A stretch of 64,000 nt of DNA from positions 1 to 64,000 of the IMG/VR virus record IMGVR_UViG_3300035698_001735; one strand, given 5' to 3'. The notes beneath the pieces are model-generated. The model had not been told where the DNA came from. It did no database searches and saw nothing but the letters and a program-made list of their open reading frames with translations. The DNA is from a virus. The position numbers and the translations under genes were made by a program. Positions 38,080-47,137 of the stretch are shown piece by piece (the first letter of the stretch is position 1; every line of letters begins with the position of its first letter).

Positions 38080-38240
38080 CCCATAATGACATGTATGGTA
38101 CTAACATTAAAGAGGGGCATGTGTTTATGTGTTCTAAAGATGGCTTGTATCAGCAGTTTGATGTGTGGCCCGATCAGTTCGATTACTATGCAAATTTATG
38201 GTGGGATAGAGTACATGAATATTACAAAAACCACGCTTAA
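38080..38240 (+). pseudogene. orphan second copy of the exonuclease 3' end
   Basis: near-identical to 36869-37029 over the first ~97 nt; encodes HNDMYGTNIKEGHVFMCSKDGLYQQFDVWPDQFDYYANLWWDRVHEYYKNHA*. Confidence 0.88.
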
Positions 38241-38299
38241 CTTGTTAATAAATCGGGTCTGGTACGATAAATACTAGACTATAACAAGGAGAGTACAAA

Positions 38300-39925
38300 G
38301 TGGCCGTGATACAGATCAGCAAAATACAGCACCGAAGAGGACAAAAGAACCAAGGTTCGGGTATTCCTCAGCTTGCTAGTGGCGAGCTAGGGTGGGCTAT
38401 TGATGCCCAGGAACTATATATTGGTAATGGTGCTGTGTCTGAAGGAGCGCCATCGGTAGGAAATACGCAAGTGTTGACACAAAATTCTGATATATTTCAG
38501 TTCTTAGACGACTACGTTTACAAGCAAGACAGTGGCGTCGTGCAAACATCTGACTTTCCGTTAGCACCAATACAGCGTACATTACAAGAGCGACTAGACG
38601 AGCGTGTAACCATAAGAAGCTTCGGCGCGCTCGGCGACGCCACTGACCAGACTGTAAAGTTACAGCGTGCAATCGACCAACTATATCTTAACGCAGCAAC
38701 TAAAGGCAGTTACGGTTCGCGTGTTATATTAATCTTACCAGCAGGCGAGTACGTTATAAGTAGTACAATTTATGTACCGCCGTACATGACACTCCTTGGT
38801 GCAGGAATCGATAAAACTCTTATACGCGGCACAACAGCAAGTCCGTTATTTCAAACTGTTAACTCTTCTAGTACGCCGGGCGTGTACGCAGCAGACTCAA
38901 CTAGTACAACACTCAATCAAGCTAAGTTTATCAGAATGGAAGGTATGACACTTCGAACTATTGGCTTAGCTAAAGCACTCATATTACAGAGCTGCTCCGA
39001 CAGCCAATTCCGAGACCTAAAGGTTATGGGTGATTGGGCAAGCGAAGACGGCATTAGTACTAACTCAGTGGGATTTGAATTCAACGCACTCAGTACAGCC
39101 GTTAGTTCAAATCGTAACAATTTTCAGAACGTAACAGTTGAAGGATACAGTTACGCCGCGTTATCTGATTATGATATCACAGATAACTTGTTTGACACTA
39201 TGACATTTAATACATTAGGATACGGTGTTGCGTTTGGTGAAAACACAACATTGGGCAACTTAGGCCAGTCGACTGGACCATTGCGCAATAAGATAGTCAA
39301 TAGCGAATTTAGCAAGGTTAACAGGTCTGCTGTGTGGGTTAGTAACGGCAAGTACAATCTAAGTAAAGGTAACACTTATATTGACGTCGGCAACAACGGC
39401 GGTATTGAGTCCAATGCTACTTACGCAGTGTTGCAATTTGCCGATAAAAGTAATATTTCAGTAGCTGATTACTTTTCGAGAACATCTGCACTATCATATT
39501 CGCCAGATTTCATCACTGGCAATCCGTGTGTTCCTGAAATAGCAGGAACTGTAGTAGTTGACTCTGCGCACTTCCACGAAGTGACGTTGTCCTTTGCAGC
39601 TACTACAACTCGATTATTCAAGCTGCCGGCTGATTCGAATAAATCGTATCGTATAGAGTATCATTATAAGAGCACAGCAGTAACAGCTAGCCGAAGTGGC
39701 GTAATTGACGTTAACGTAGATTTTGATAACAGTGTAACTACTATTGTAGATGACTATAACTACAATGGCGATGCTGCATTTTCTACCAATCTAAAATTTC
39801 AAAGTAACTTGACAGATGAAGATTCTAATAGTATAATGGACACATTAGACATTACATATACTAATCCAACAGCTTCTGACCAAGCAACTCTGTTGTTTAA
39901 GGTTACAACATTTAGTATAGCATAA
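38300..39925 (+). CDS. tail fibre/spike-like protein with beta-helix (pectate-lyase-like) region
   Basis: IQHRRG...LASGELGWAID.QELYIG N-terminus; RTLQERLDERVTIRSFGA.GD..DQT..LQRAID; LPAGEY; late promoter. Confidence 0.75.
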   Translation: MAVIQISKIQHRRGQKNQGSGIPQLASGELGWAIDAQELYIGNGAVSEGAPSVGNTQVLTQNSDIFQFLDDYVYKQDSGVVQTSDFPLAPIQRTLQERLDERVTIRSFGALGDATDQTVKLQRAIDQLYLNAATKGSYGSRVILILPAGEYVISSTIYVPPYMTLLGAGIDKTLIRGTTASPLFQTVNSSSTPGVYAADSTSTTLNQAKFIRMEGMTLRTIGLAKALILQSCSDSQFRDLKVMGDWASEDGISTNSVGFEFNALSTAVSSNRNNFQNVTVEGYSYAALSDYDITDNLFDTMTFNTLGYGVAFGENTTLGNLGQSTGPLRNKIVNSEFSKVNRSAVWVSNGKYNLSKGNTYIDVGNNGGIESNATYAVLQFADKSNISVADYFSRTSALSYSPDFITGNPCVPEIAGTVVVDSAHFHEVTLSFAATTTRLFKLPADSNKSYRIEYHYKSTAVTASRSGVIDVNVDFDNSVTTIVDDYNYNGDAAFSTNLKFQSNLTDEDSNSIMDTLDITYTNPTASDQATLLFKVTTFSIA

Positions 39926-40013
39926 TAACAATAATAACTAGTTCAGATGAGACTACTGTGGTTACCCAACCACAGTAAATAGCACACAATCAAAAACAAG
40001 CCAAGGAGAAAAG

Positions 40014-41642
40014 ATGTCTAACGGAATAATGATCATTAAGTGGAGCGGCGAGAAAGTCCCACTTAATATCGACAAGATACACTTTGTCGTACAAGAAGCG
40101 TGCGAAGGATTAGCAGGCGTAAGTAGTTCACAAATAGAAATGAATGCCAACATACAGTTTTATGACGGCATGACAACAAAAGAAATTCAAGAAATATTGA
40201 TCCGTTCAGCAAATGATCTTATCTCATTAGATAACCCAAATTATCAATTTGCAGCAGCGCGTCTACTATTATACGGAATTTACAAGGAAGTTTTCGGTCG
40301 TTATCAAAGTATTCCGTTACTTGATTTAATTAACACCAACGTAAACCGCAAAGTGTATGATAAATCAATCTTAGATTCGTACACTCCTGAAGAGTTTGCA
40401 AAACTTGACAGTTATATTAACCATAATCGCGACGAGAACTTTACCTACGCTGGGCTAAGACAAGTAGTTGACAAATATCTTATCCAAGATCGCAGCACCG
40501 GACAGCTATTTGAAACACCTCAGTATATGTATATGATGATTGCTGCGACTTTATTTGCTAAATACCCAAGCGATCAGCGGTTACAGTATGTTAAGAGATA
40601 CTACGATGCGACTTCACTTTTTAAAATCAACATACCTACGCCAGTCATGGCCGGTGTCCGTACTCCTATTCGCCAGTTTGCTAGTTGCGTCCTTGTTGAT
40701 AGCGATGATACTTTGGATAGTATTTTTGCCTCTGATATGGCAATTGGTCGTTACACGGCGCAAAGAGCGGGGATTGGATATAATTCCGGACGGATAAGAG
40801 GAGTAAACTCTAGGATTAGAGGCGGAGAAGTTGCGCACACAGGCGTAGTTCCGTTCCTTAAGAAAACAGAAGCTACGGTCAGGTGTTGTACGCAGAACGG
40901 AGTCAGGGGTGGAAGCGCTACGGTGCATTTTCCTTTTTGGCATCAAGAAATAGAAGACATCCTTGTGTTGAAGAACAACAAAGGAACCGACGACAATCGT
41001 GTACGTAAGTTAGACTATTCAATACAACTTAACAGAACCATGTACGAACGGCTGCTAAGTGGCGGAGACATTACTTTGTTTAGTCCGCATGACGTTCCGG
41101 GCCTATACGAAGCATACTTTGGCGAAGCAACTAAGTTTCAAGAGCTATACGAAAAGTACGAACGAGCTACTTCAATTAAGAAGCGCAAGATTCCTGCGAT
41201 GGAATTGTTTTCTGCGTTAATTAAGGAACGTGCAGAAACCGGTCGTATCTATATAATGAACGTAGACCACTGTAATACTCACTCTTCGTTTAAAGATAAA
41301 GTGTACATGTCAAACCTTTGTCTAGCAGGCAATACGCCAGTTAAGGCAATAATTAACGATGCTGAATGCACTGTTAGTCTTGATGAATTAGATGCCGAGT
41401 ATAAGAAAGGATCTAAAATCGAAGTGCTATCGTTTAATCTCGAGACAAGCGCAGCCGAATATAAGAAAGTAACAGACAGTGCTATGATGTCAAGCAACGC
41501 AAAAGTAATGGAAATTACCGACGGTGTTAGCGGTCAGACTATTGTGTGTACTCCTGAACATAAAATCTATACTAAAAATAGAGGATATGTAATGGCTAAA
41601 GATCTTACAGAAAATGACGAGTTAGGATATATTAAATTTTAG
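40014..41642 (+). CDS. nrdA: ribonucleotide reductase class Ia alpha, N-terminal part fused to split-intein N-half
   Basis: ATP cone, PTPVMAG, QFASCVL, QNGVRGG, ...MSNL then CLAGNT intein. Confidence 0.95.
   Translation: MSNGIMIIKWSGEKVPLNIDKIHFVVQEACEGLAGVSSSQIEMNANIQFYDGMTTKEIQEILIRSANDLISLDNPNYQFAAARLLLYGIYKEVFGRYQSIPLLDLINTNVNRKVYDKSILDSYTPEEFAKLDSYINHNRDENFTYAGLRQVVDKYLIQDRSTGQLFETPQYMYMMIAATLFAKYPSDQRLQYVKRYYDATSLFKINIPTPVMAGVRTPIRQFASCVLVDSDDTLDSIFASDMAIGRYTAQRAGIGYNSGRIRGVNSRIRGGEVAHTGVVPFLKKTEATVRCCTQNGVRGGSATVHFPFWHQEIEDILVLKNNKGTDDNRVRKLDYSIQLNRTMYERLLSGGDITLFSPHDVPGLYEAYFGEATKFQELYEKYERATSIKKRKIPAMELFSALIKERAETGRIYIMNVDHCNTHSSFKDKVYMSNLCLAGNTPVKAIINDAECTVSLDELDAEYKKGSKIEVLSFNLETSAAEYKKVTDSAMMSSNAKVMEITDGVSGQTIVCTPEHKIYTKNRGYVMAKDLTENDELGYIKF
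41319..41639 (+). mobile_element. split intein N-fragment (107 aa)
   Basis: block A CLAGNTPV, block B CTPEHKIYT..RGYV.AKDL, then stop. Confidence 0.93.
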
Positions 41643-41651
41643 AAGTATGCC

Positions 41652-41700
41652 ATGAAACTACTCTTTTCACATAAATAAACACATAGAAGGAGTAGTTCAT
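41652..41700 (+). promoter_or_regulatory. RBS-sequestering hairpin containing a late promoter
   Basis: AACTACTCTTTTC pairs with GAAGGAGTAGTT; TAAATA in the loop. Confidence 0.7.
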
Positions 41701-42607
41701 GGATTATCAAAAAATTTACAATAACTTAATGAAGAATGCCACAAACAGAAAATTAGATCCTTTAGAGTATTATGAAAAACATCACATAATTCCTAAATGT
41801 CATAATGGATCTAATTTAACTAGTAACTTAGTTAACTTGTTAGGAAGAGAGCATTTTATCGCCCATGCGCTATTAACTAAAATTTATCCGCAGGATAAGA
41901 AAATAGCAAATGCGTTTATTATAATGGCAGCAAATAAAACAGGAAAGAGATATATTAATTCTTACTTGTATGAAAAACTAAAGAGGCGATTTAATCATTT
42001 ATATTCAGGCACTGGCCACCATTTGTACGGTAAAACACATACAAACGAAGCCAAACTAAAGATATCAAAAGCTAAACAAGGATCAATTCCTGTAATTGAC
42101 AAGGATGGTAATAGATTTTGTGTTAGTAAAGAGGATGAAAGATACATTAACGGAGACGTAGTGCATCATTCAACAGGAAGAAAAATGTCTAAAGACGAAC
42201 TCATTAATCACAGAAAGTTACGGTCTGGCAAAAAGAACCCAAACGCAAATCCTATTACTGACGATGAGATTGTAGCACACGGTATAAGTTTTTTAAATCA
42301 GAGTAATAGTGTATGGTGCAAAAAGGATTGGATAGCATATTGTAAAGATAATAATATACCGATTACATATACTAGTATGAGATTTAATGGAACGGGATAT
42401 AATGGCTTAGTTGATATTATTAAAAACAGCGTACATACTTTTAGAAAAATAAATAAAAAGGACTATGCTCACAAAATACAAAAGACTAATCTAGAAAAGA
42501 AAAAACATTGGTATTATAACAGTGATATTAAACAAACAAAATTATTAACAGAGGCCGATGCAGCACATAACGGTTGGACACTAGGAAGGAAATTAAAATG
42601 GGATTAA
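41699..42607 (+). CDS. free-standing HNH homing endonuclease (MobE-like)
   Basis: YQKIYNNL, EKHHIIPKC..GSN..SNLV.L..REHFIAHALL; AT-rich; sits between the intein halves. Confidence 0.9.
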   Translation: MDYQKIYNNLMKNATNRKLDPLEYYEKHHIIPKCHNGSNLTSNLVNLLGREHFIAHALLTKIYPQDKKIANAFIIMAANKTGKRYINSYLYEKLKRRFNHLYSGTGHHLYGKTHTNEAKLKISKAKQGSIPVIDKDGNRFCVSKEDERYINGDVVHHSTGRKMSKDELINHRKLRSGKKNPNANPITDDEIVAHGISFLNQSNSVWCKKDWIAYCKDNNIPITYTSMRFNGTGYNGLVDIIKNSVHTFRKINKKDYAHKIQKTNLEKKKHWYYNSDIKQTKLLTEADAAHNGWTLGRKLKWD

Positions 42608-43692
42608 AAATAAAATATTTAGAAGAAGAAACACCAGTATATGATATAACTGTAGAAGATAATCATAACTTTTTTGCAAACGGAATATTAGTACATAATT
42701 GTCAAGAGATTACGTTGCCGACTAAGCCAGTTAATCACATTGACGACAAAGAAGGCGAAATTGCTTTATGTATTCTCAGTGCAATAAATGTAGGATTGCT
42801 AAAGTCATTAGCTGACTTAGAAGACTTATGTGAACTAGCTGTGCGAGCACTTGAAGAAATTATTGACTACCAAAACTATCCAGTATTAGCTGCTGAAATT
42901 TCAACCAAGCGCAGGCGCTCGCTCGGAGTAGGCTATATTGGATTAGCGCATTACTTAGCCAAGAATCACGTTAAGTATGAAGACGAAACTGCATGGAAAT
43001 TAGTACACGACTTAAGCGAAGCTTTTCAATACTACTTGCTTAGGGCGTCAAACAAGTTAGCGCAAGAACGCGGAGCATGCGACGCATTTGGCAACACCAA
43101 GTATGCAGATGGTATATTACCGATTGACACGTACAAGAAAGACTTTGACGACGTTGTTCCTAACGTACTAAGCTACGACTGGGAGGCATTGCGCAAACTT
43201 ATACTAGCGCATGGATTGCGTCACTCTACACTGTCGGCGCAAATGCCATCGGAAAGCAGCTCGGTAACATCAAATGCAACTAACGGCATTGAGCCACCAA
43301 GGGGATACTTGTCTGTTAAGAAATCTAAGAAAGGTCCTCTTAAACAGATTGTTCCGCAGTACCAGACACTAAAAAACCATTACACGTTGTTATGGGACAT
43401 GCCAAATAACACAGGCTATTTTAACATTGTTGCAGCTATGCAAAAGTTCTTTGACCAAAGCATTAGTGGCAACTGGAGTTATAACCCAACACAGTTTGAA
43501 AACAACGAAGTACCAATGTCAGTTATGATGCGAGATTTACTTACTACTTACAAACTAGGCCATAAAACAGCATACTATCAAAACACGTACGATTATAAGA
43601 CAGACGACGATATAGTAGATGAACCAGAAGCAGTGTTGCCAGAGGATACAAACGAAGACGACGACGAAAACTGCGATGCATGTAACATATAA
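42598..43692 (+). CDS. nrdA: split-intein C-half (34 aa) fused to ribonucleotide reductase alpha C-terminal part
   Basis: MGLKIKYLEEETPVYDITVEDNHNFFANGILVHN/CQEITLP; CILSAIN, AQMPSESSS, TNGIEP, KTAYY, CDAC tail; AGGAAGG SD. Confidence 0.95.
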   Translation: MGLKIKYLEEETPVYDITVEDNHNFFANGILVHNCQEITLPTKPVNHIDDKEGEIALCILSAINVGLLKSLADLEDLCELAVRALEEIIDYQNYPVLAAEISTKRRRSLGVGYIGLAHYLAKNHVKYEDETAWKLVHDLSEAFQYYLLRASNKLAQERGACDAFGNTKYADGILPIDTYKKDFDDVVPNVLSYDWEALRKLILAHGLRHSTLSAQMPSESSSVTSNATNGIEPPRGYLSVKKSKKGPLKQIVPQYQTLKNHYTLLWDMPNNTGYFNIVAAMQKFFDQSISGNWSYNPTQFENNEVPMSVMMRDLLTTYKLGHKTAYYQNTYDYKTDDDIVDEPEAVLPEDTNEDDDENCDACNI

Positions 43693-43701
43693 GGAATAAC
43701 A

Positions 43702-44805
43702 ATGGCAAAGACAGTATTTAATAGAAACAAAGTTGACTTCACTAAAGAAAATATGTTCTTTGGTGAAGATCAGAACACACAGAGATACGATACATTTAAG
43801 TATCCTGTGTTTGACAAACTAAACCAAACAATGCTTGGATACTACTGGAGACCAGAAGAAGTCAGCTTACAAAAAGACAGAAGTGACTTTCAAAACTTTC
43901 GACTAGAACAGAAGCATATATTTACAGCAAATTTAAAGTACCAGACGTTACTAGACAGTGTGCAAGGCCGAGGGCCTTGTTTAGCTTTCTTACCTTATTG
44001 TTCACTACCGGAGCTAGAGGGTTGCATCGTAACTTGGGACTTTTTTGAAACCATACACTCACGCTCATATACATACATTATGAAAAACGTGTATGCTAAC
44101 CCAAGCGAAGTATTTGACACTATCTTAGACGACGAGCGAATATTAGCTCGTGCTAAGAGCGTAACTGAAAACTATGATAAGTTTATGCGCGTAGCAGAAG
44201 ACTTCTTCTATAGAGGCAAGGGCACGCTTAGGAACCTTAAGAAGCAGTTGTTTCTCGCAATGATGAATGTAAACATACTCGAAGGATTACGCTTTTATGT
44301 ATCATTTGCTTGTACGTTTGCATTTGGCGAATTAAAATTAATGGAAGGTTCTGCTAAGATCATATCTCTTATTGCACGCGACGAATCGCAGCACTTAGCA
44401 CTAACAACACACATACTTAAGATTTGGATGAAAGGCAAAGACGATCCGGAGATGGTATCTATTGCAAAAGAGTGCGAAGAAGAAGTTTATCAAATGTGGC
44501 GCGATTGTGTGGCAGAAGAAAAAGACTGGGCTGAATATTTGTTTAGAGATGGGTCTATTATAGGACTTAACGACAAGCTGTTACATCAGTATGTCGAGTA
44601 CATTGCTAACCGTAGATTAAAAGCATTGGGCTACGATGCTATATTTGACGCACCGCAAAATACTAATCCTCTTCCGTGGACACAACATTGGTTAAGCTCA
44701 AGTGGCTTGCAATGCGCTCCTCAAGAAACGCAAATCCAAAGTTATATCATAGGTGGCATTAAACAGGACATTAAAGAAGGATCACTTAAAGGATTTGTAC
44801 TATAA
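43702..44805 (+). CDS. nrdB: ribonucleotide reductase class Ia beta subunit
   Basis: WRPEEVSL, LLDSVQG, ETIHSRSY, LEGLRFYVSF, RDESQH, APQE. Confidence 0.97.
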   Translation: MAKTVFNRNKVDFTKENMFFGEDQNTQRYDTFKYPVFDKLNQTMLGYYWRPEEVSLQKDRSDFQNFRLEQKHIFTANLKYQTLLDSVQGRGPCLAFLPYCSLPELEGCIVTWDFFETIHSRSYTYIMKNVYANPSEVFDTILDDERILARAKSVTENYDKFMRVAEDFFYRGKGTLRNLKKQLFLAMMNVNILEGLRFYVSFACTFAFGELKLMEGSAKIISLIARDESQHLALTTHILKIWMKGKDDPEMVSIAKECEEEVYQMWRDCVAEEKDWAEYLFRDGSIIGLNDKLLHQYVEYIANRRLKALGYDAIFDAPQNTNPLPWTQHWLSSSGLQCAPQETQIQSYIIGGIKQDIKEGSLKGFVL

Positions 44806-44808
44806 TTT

Positions 44809-45183
44809 ATGATGATTGATGCCAATGTTCCAGAGCTAACTAATTCAGCGTTGAAAGACGCAATGAATAAGCTTGGGTGTCCTAATGCTGTCATGGTTAA
44901 TATAGTTCCGAGACCGTTTACCCAAGTGAACGAATGCCATGCCAACGTAGCTAAGCAAGTTGCTATGTATGGAGGTCAGCAGATACAAGGCTATTACATT
45001 GCAGTTAGTGCGTCAACCGCAGATTGGGTAGCTATTAAGCACAGTGTATGGAAGCGCGACAATGAATACATTGACATAACTCCAGTTGACGACAAAAGAA
45101 CATGTAATGTATTCATATTCGGAGTTGACAAATTACACAAATCCATTTATAATAACAATAACAAATTGGAGTATGAAGTATGA
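44809..45183 (+). CDS. hypothetical protein with possible Cys-His-Asp triad
   Basis: NECHANV...GG..IQGY...HSVW...IDITP. Confidence 0.6.
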   Translation: MMIDANVPELTNSALKDAMNKLGCPNAVMVNIVPRPFTQVNECHANVAKQVAMYGGQQIQGYYIAVSASTADWVAIKHSVWKRDNEYIDITPVDDKRTCNVFIFGVDKLHKSIYNNNNKLEYEV

Positions 45184-45434
45184 GAGCAGTAGTATGGAGT
45201 AAGACAAACTGTCCGTATTGTGTTAAGGCAAAAGCAGAACTTAGCAAACACAGCATCGTGTATGAAGAGCGTGCAATTGGCGAAGGATGGGACAGAGACC
45301 AGTTACTGGAAGCTGTTCCAAATGCCAAGACAGTACCGCAAATATTCATAGACGATGTCTACGTCGGAACATATGATCAGCTAATGACTTTCGTTGCAAC
45401 CAATATAGACGAGCAACAGCCGTTAGCGAAATAA
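45180..45434 (+). CDS. glutaredoxin
   Basis: CPYC, TVPQIFI; in nrd cluster. Confidence 0.95.
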   Translation: MRAVVWSKTNCPYCVKAKAELSKHSIVYEERAIGEGWDRDQLLEAVPNAKTVPQIFIDDVYVGTYDQLMTFVATNIDEQQPLAK

Positions 45435-45453
45435 CTAATATAAACAGGAGAAC

Positions 45454-45747
45454 TTGATGTTAATAGAGAACAATGTAAAAAAGGGCGACGTAATGACAAT
45501 TAAACTTGTAAGCGGCGAAGAAATCATCGGGCGCTTTGTGTCGCAGGACGACTTAGTTTTTACTGCCGAAAAGTGTAGAGTTATGGTACAAGGCCAGAGT
45601 GGCGTAGGCATTGCACCATATGCAGTTTCTATACATCCTGACACAACGTTACCTTTCAATAAAGTAACAGTGGTAATCATAGCCGAGACCGAGCCAGAGA
45701 TGGCAAAGCAGTACAGCAGCGCAACTTCAAGCATCCAACTAGTATAA
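45454..45747 (+). CDS. hypothetical protein (Sm-like fold possible)
   Basis: KLVSGEEIIGR motif; C-terminal YSSATSSIQLV. Confidence 0.7.
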   Translation: MMLIENNVKKGDVMTIKLVSGEEIIGRFVSQDDLVFTAEKCRVMVQGQSGVGIAPYAVSIHPDTTLPFNKVTVVIIAETEPEMAKQYSSATSSIQLV

Positions 45748-46553
45748 TGGCAATTGATACGGCGGCACTAGACAGTGCATTAGACATATGCGAAAAAGGA
45801 ACTGGCACTTTATTAGAGGAAACAGGATCAGCTTGTGACTTACTGAGTAGCCTAGGCGGATTAGTAAACGGCGGCCTGCCAAGCTTGCCAGACGTGCCAA
45901 GCTTACCGACTCCTGAGCTGTTTGGTACAGCTAAGGTACTAGCCGAAAATGCTATGAAAGCAGCCACTGAAGCAATTGCTGACGCTAAGGCAAAGATTGG
46001 CGAAGCGAAAGCACTAATATCAGGTGCATTAGACGCAGTTAACGCTAAAATTAGTGAATTAGAAGTTGCCCTTAATGCAGCAATTGGGCCTTTAAAGATA
46101 GCAATACAAGACGTGATAGATCAGCTAGAAACAGCAGGCAACGAAGCAATGGCTACCCTATCAGCAGCAGCTACCGCAGTAGGTGATACAGTAACCGAGG
46201 CTATAGCTGACGTAAAAGAGTCAATTTCAGGCATAGGCGGTGGTATTTCAAAAGCATTGAAAAGCATGTCTATACCAAGTTGCCCTACTGCAACAAGTGC
46301 GTTGGCTTCTATAGGAACTGGCGTCTCGGACGTAGCTGATAAGTTAAGTGGATCAATTGGCGGAGGCATTGGCGCAATAGGCGCAGCCGCTACAGCGGGG
46401 TCAGACGCATTAGCTGACGGTTTATCTGGCGTTGCAGGCGCAGTAACAGCAGCAGTTGGCTCTTCAATAGGCGGCATGAGCGACTTAGCTACTGGTGCAT
46501 CTAGTTCACTTACTGGATTACTTACTAACCCTTTATACAACATACCAGTATAA
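45747..46553 (+). CDS. Ala/Gly/Ser-rich helical protein
   Basis: 268 aa, low complexity, coupled to the PAAR gene. Confidence 0.7.
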   Translation: MAIDTAALDSALDICEKGTGTLLEETGSACDLLSSLGGLVNGGLPSLPDVPSLPTPELFGTAKVLAENAMKAATEAIADAKAKIGEAKALISGALDAVNAKISELEVALNAAIGPLKIAIQDVIDQLETAGNEAMATLSAAATAVGDTVTEAIADVKESISGIGGGISKALKSMSIPSCPTATSALASIGTGVSDVADKLSGSIGGGIGAIGAAATAGSDALADGLSGVAGAVTAAVGSSIGGMSDLATGASSSLTGLLTNPLYNIPV

Positions 46554-46849
46554 TGAGAGGTGTAGCTAGAATGGGCGATCGTACTTCGGGCACATGCTCA
46601 GTACACGGGCAGCAAAATGGTGTTATAGTAACAGCATCGGCTGACAACATTGCTGACAACGGCATGGGAGTAGCCCGGGTTGGTGATTTAGTACAAGCTG
46701 ATTGTGGTCACCAAGCTAGTATTATAACAGGCGATAGCACACACAAGGTAAATGACAAAACAGTAGCTCGTCTTGGATCAATAGTGCAAGGCGACTTATA
46801 TACAGCAACAGTAACCACCGCATCTACAAAAAATATTGTAAATGATTAA
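46553..46849 (+). CDS. PAAR-domain spike-tip protein
   Basis: VARMGD, VARVGD, CGH, VARLGS repeats. Confidence 0.85.
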   Translation: MRGVARMGDRTSGTCSVHGQQNGVIVTASADNIADNGMGVARVGDLVQADCGHQASIITGDSTHKVNDKTVARLGSIVQGDLYTATVTTASTKNIVND

Positions 46850-46870
46850 CCACAACTAAAGGAAGTAAAA

Positions 46871-47047
46871 ATGTCAACACATGAAGAAATAGTACAAGCA
46901 TTCAACAACTACTTAAAAGAGTCAGAAACATTTGAAGATAAAGGCGTAAAAGCAGCAGCAGCTCGCACACGCAAGGCACTTGGCGATTTGGGCAAACTTA
47001 CTAAAGAGCGCCGCAAAGAAGTACAAGATAAAAAGAACGGCATGTAA
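46871..47047 (+). CDS. histone H1-like (Hc1-type) small DNA-binding protein (not in ORF track)
   Basis: FEDKGVKAAAARTRKALGDLGKLTKERRKEVQ; AAGGA SD; terminator follows. Confidence 0.75.
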   Translation: MSTHEEIVQAFNNYLKESETFEDKGVKAAAARTRKALGDLGKLTKERRKEVQDKKNGM

Positions 47048-47066
47048 CATAGTGTTACACTGATAT

Positions 47067-47102
47067 TAAAATGCTTACTGTAAAAGGTAGGCATTTTTTT
47101 TC
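47067..47102 (+). terminator. intrinsic terminator
   Basis: AAAATGCTTAC...GTAGGCATTTTTTT. Confidence 0.65.
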
Positions 47103-47131
47103 TTGACATTTTCTGCTTACTACTATATAAT
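47103..47131 (+). promoter_or_regulatory. consensus sigma70 promoter
   Basis: TTGACA-N17-TATAAT, 6 nt before ATG 47138. Confidence 0.85.
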
Positions 47132-47137
47132 GCTTAC

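Noticed and set aside
36869-38240. diversity-generating retroelement TR/VR pair or group I intron
   Set aside because: Differences are not adenine-specific and are mostly synonymous, and no reverse transcriptase is present. The upstream gene is complete and no intron core or terminal G is evident.
38086-38277. track ORF of 63 aa
   Set aside because: It is an off-frame reading of the duplicated exonuclease 3' end.
41642-42597. sequencing frameshift in a contiguous intein
   Set aside because: IntN ends with a clean stop, and the HNH gene and IntC each have their own SD and ATG. This is consistent with a true split.
34815-46543. long antisense ORFs (e.g. 34815..35252, 35550..36017, 37310..37819, 46121..46543)
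   Set aside because: They are shadows of well-supported plus-strand genes.
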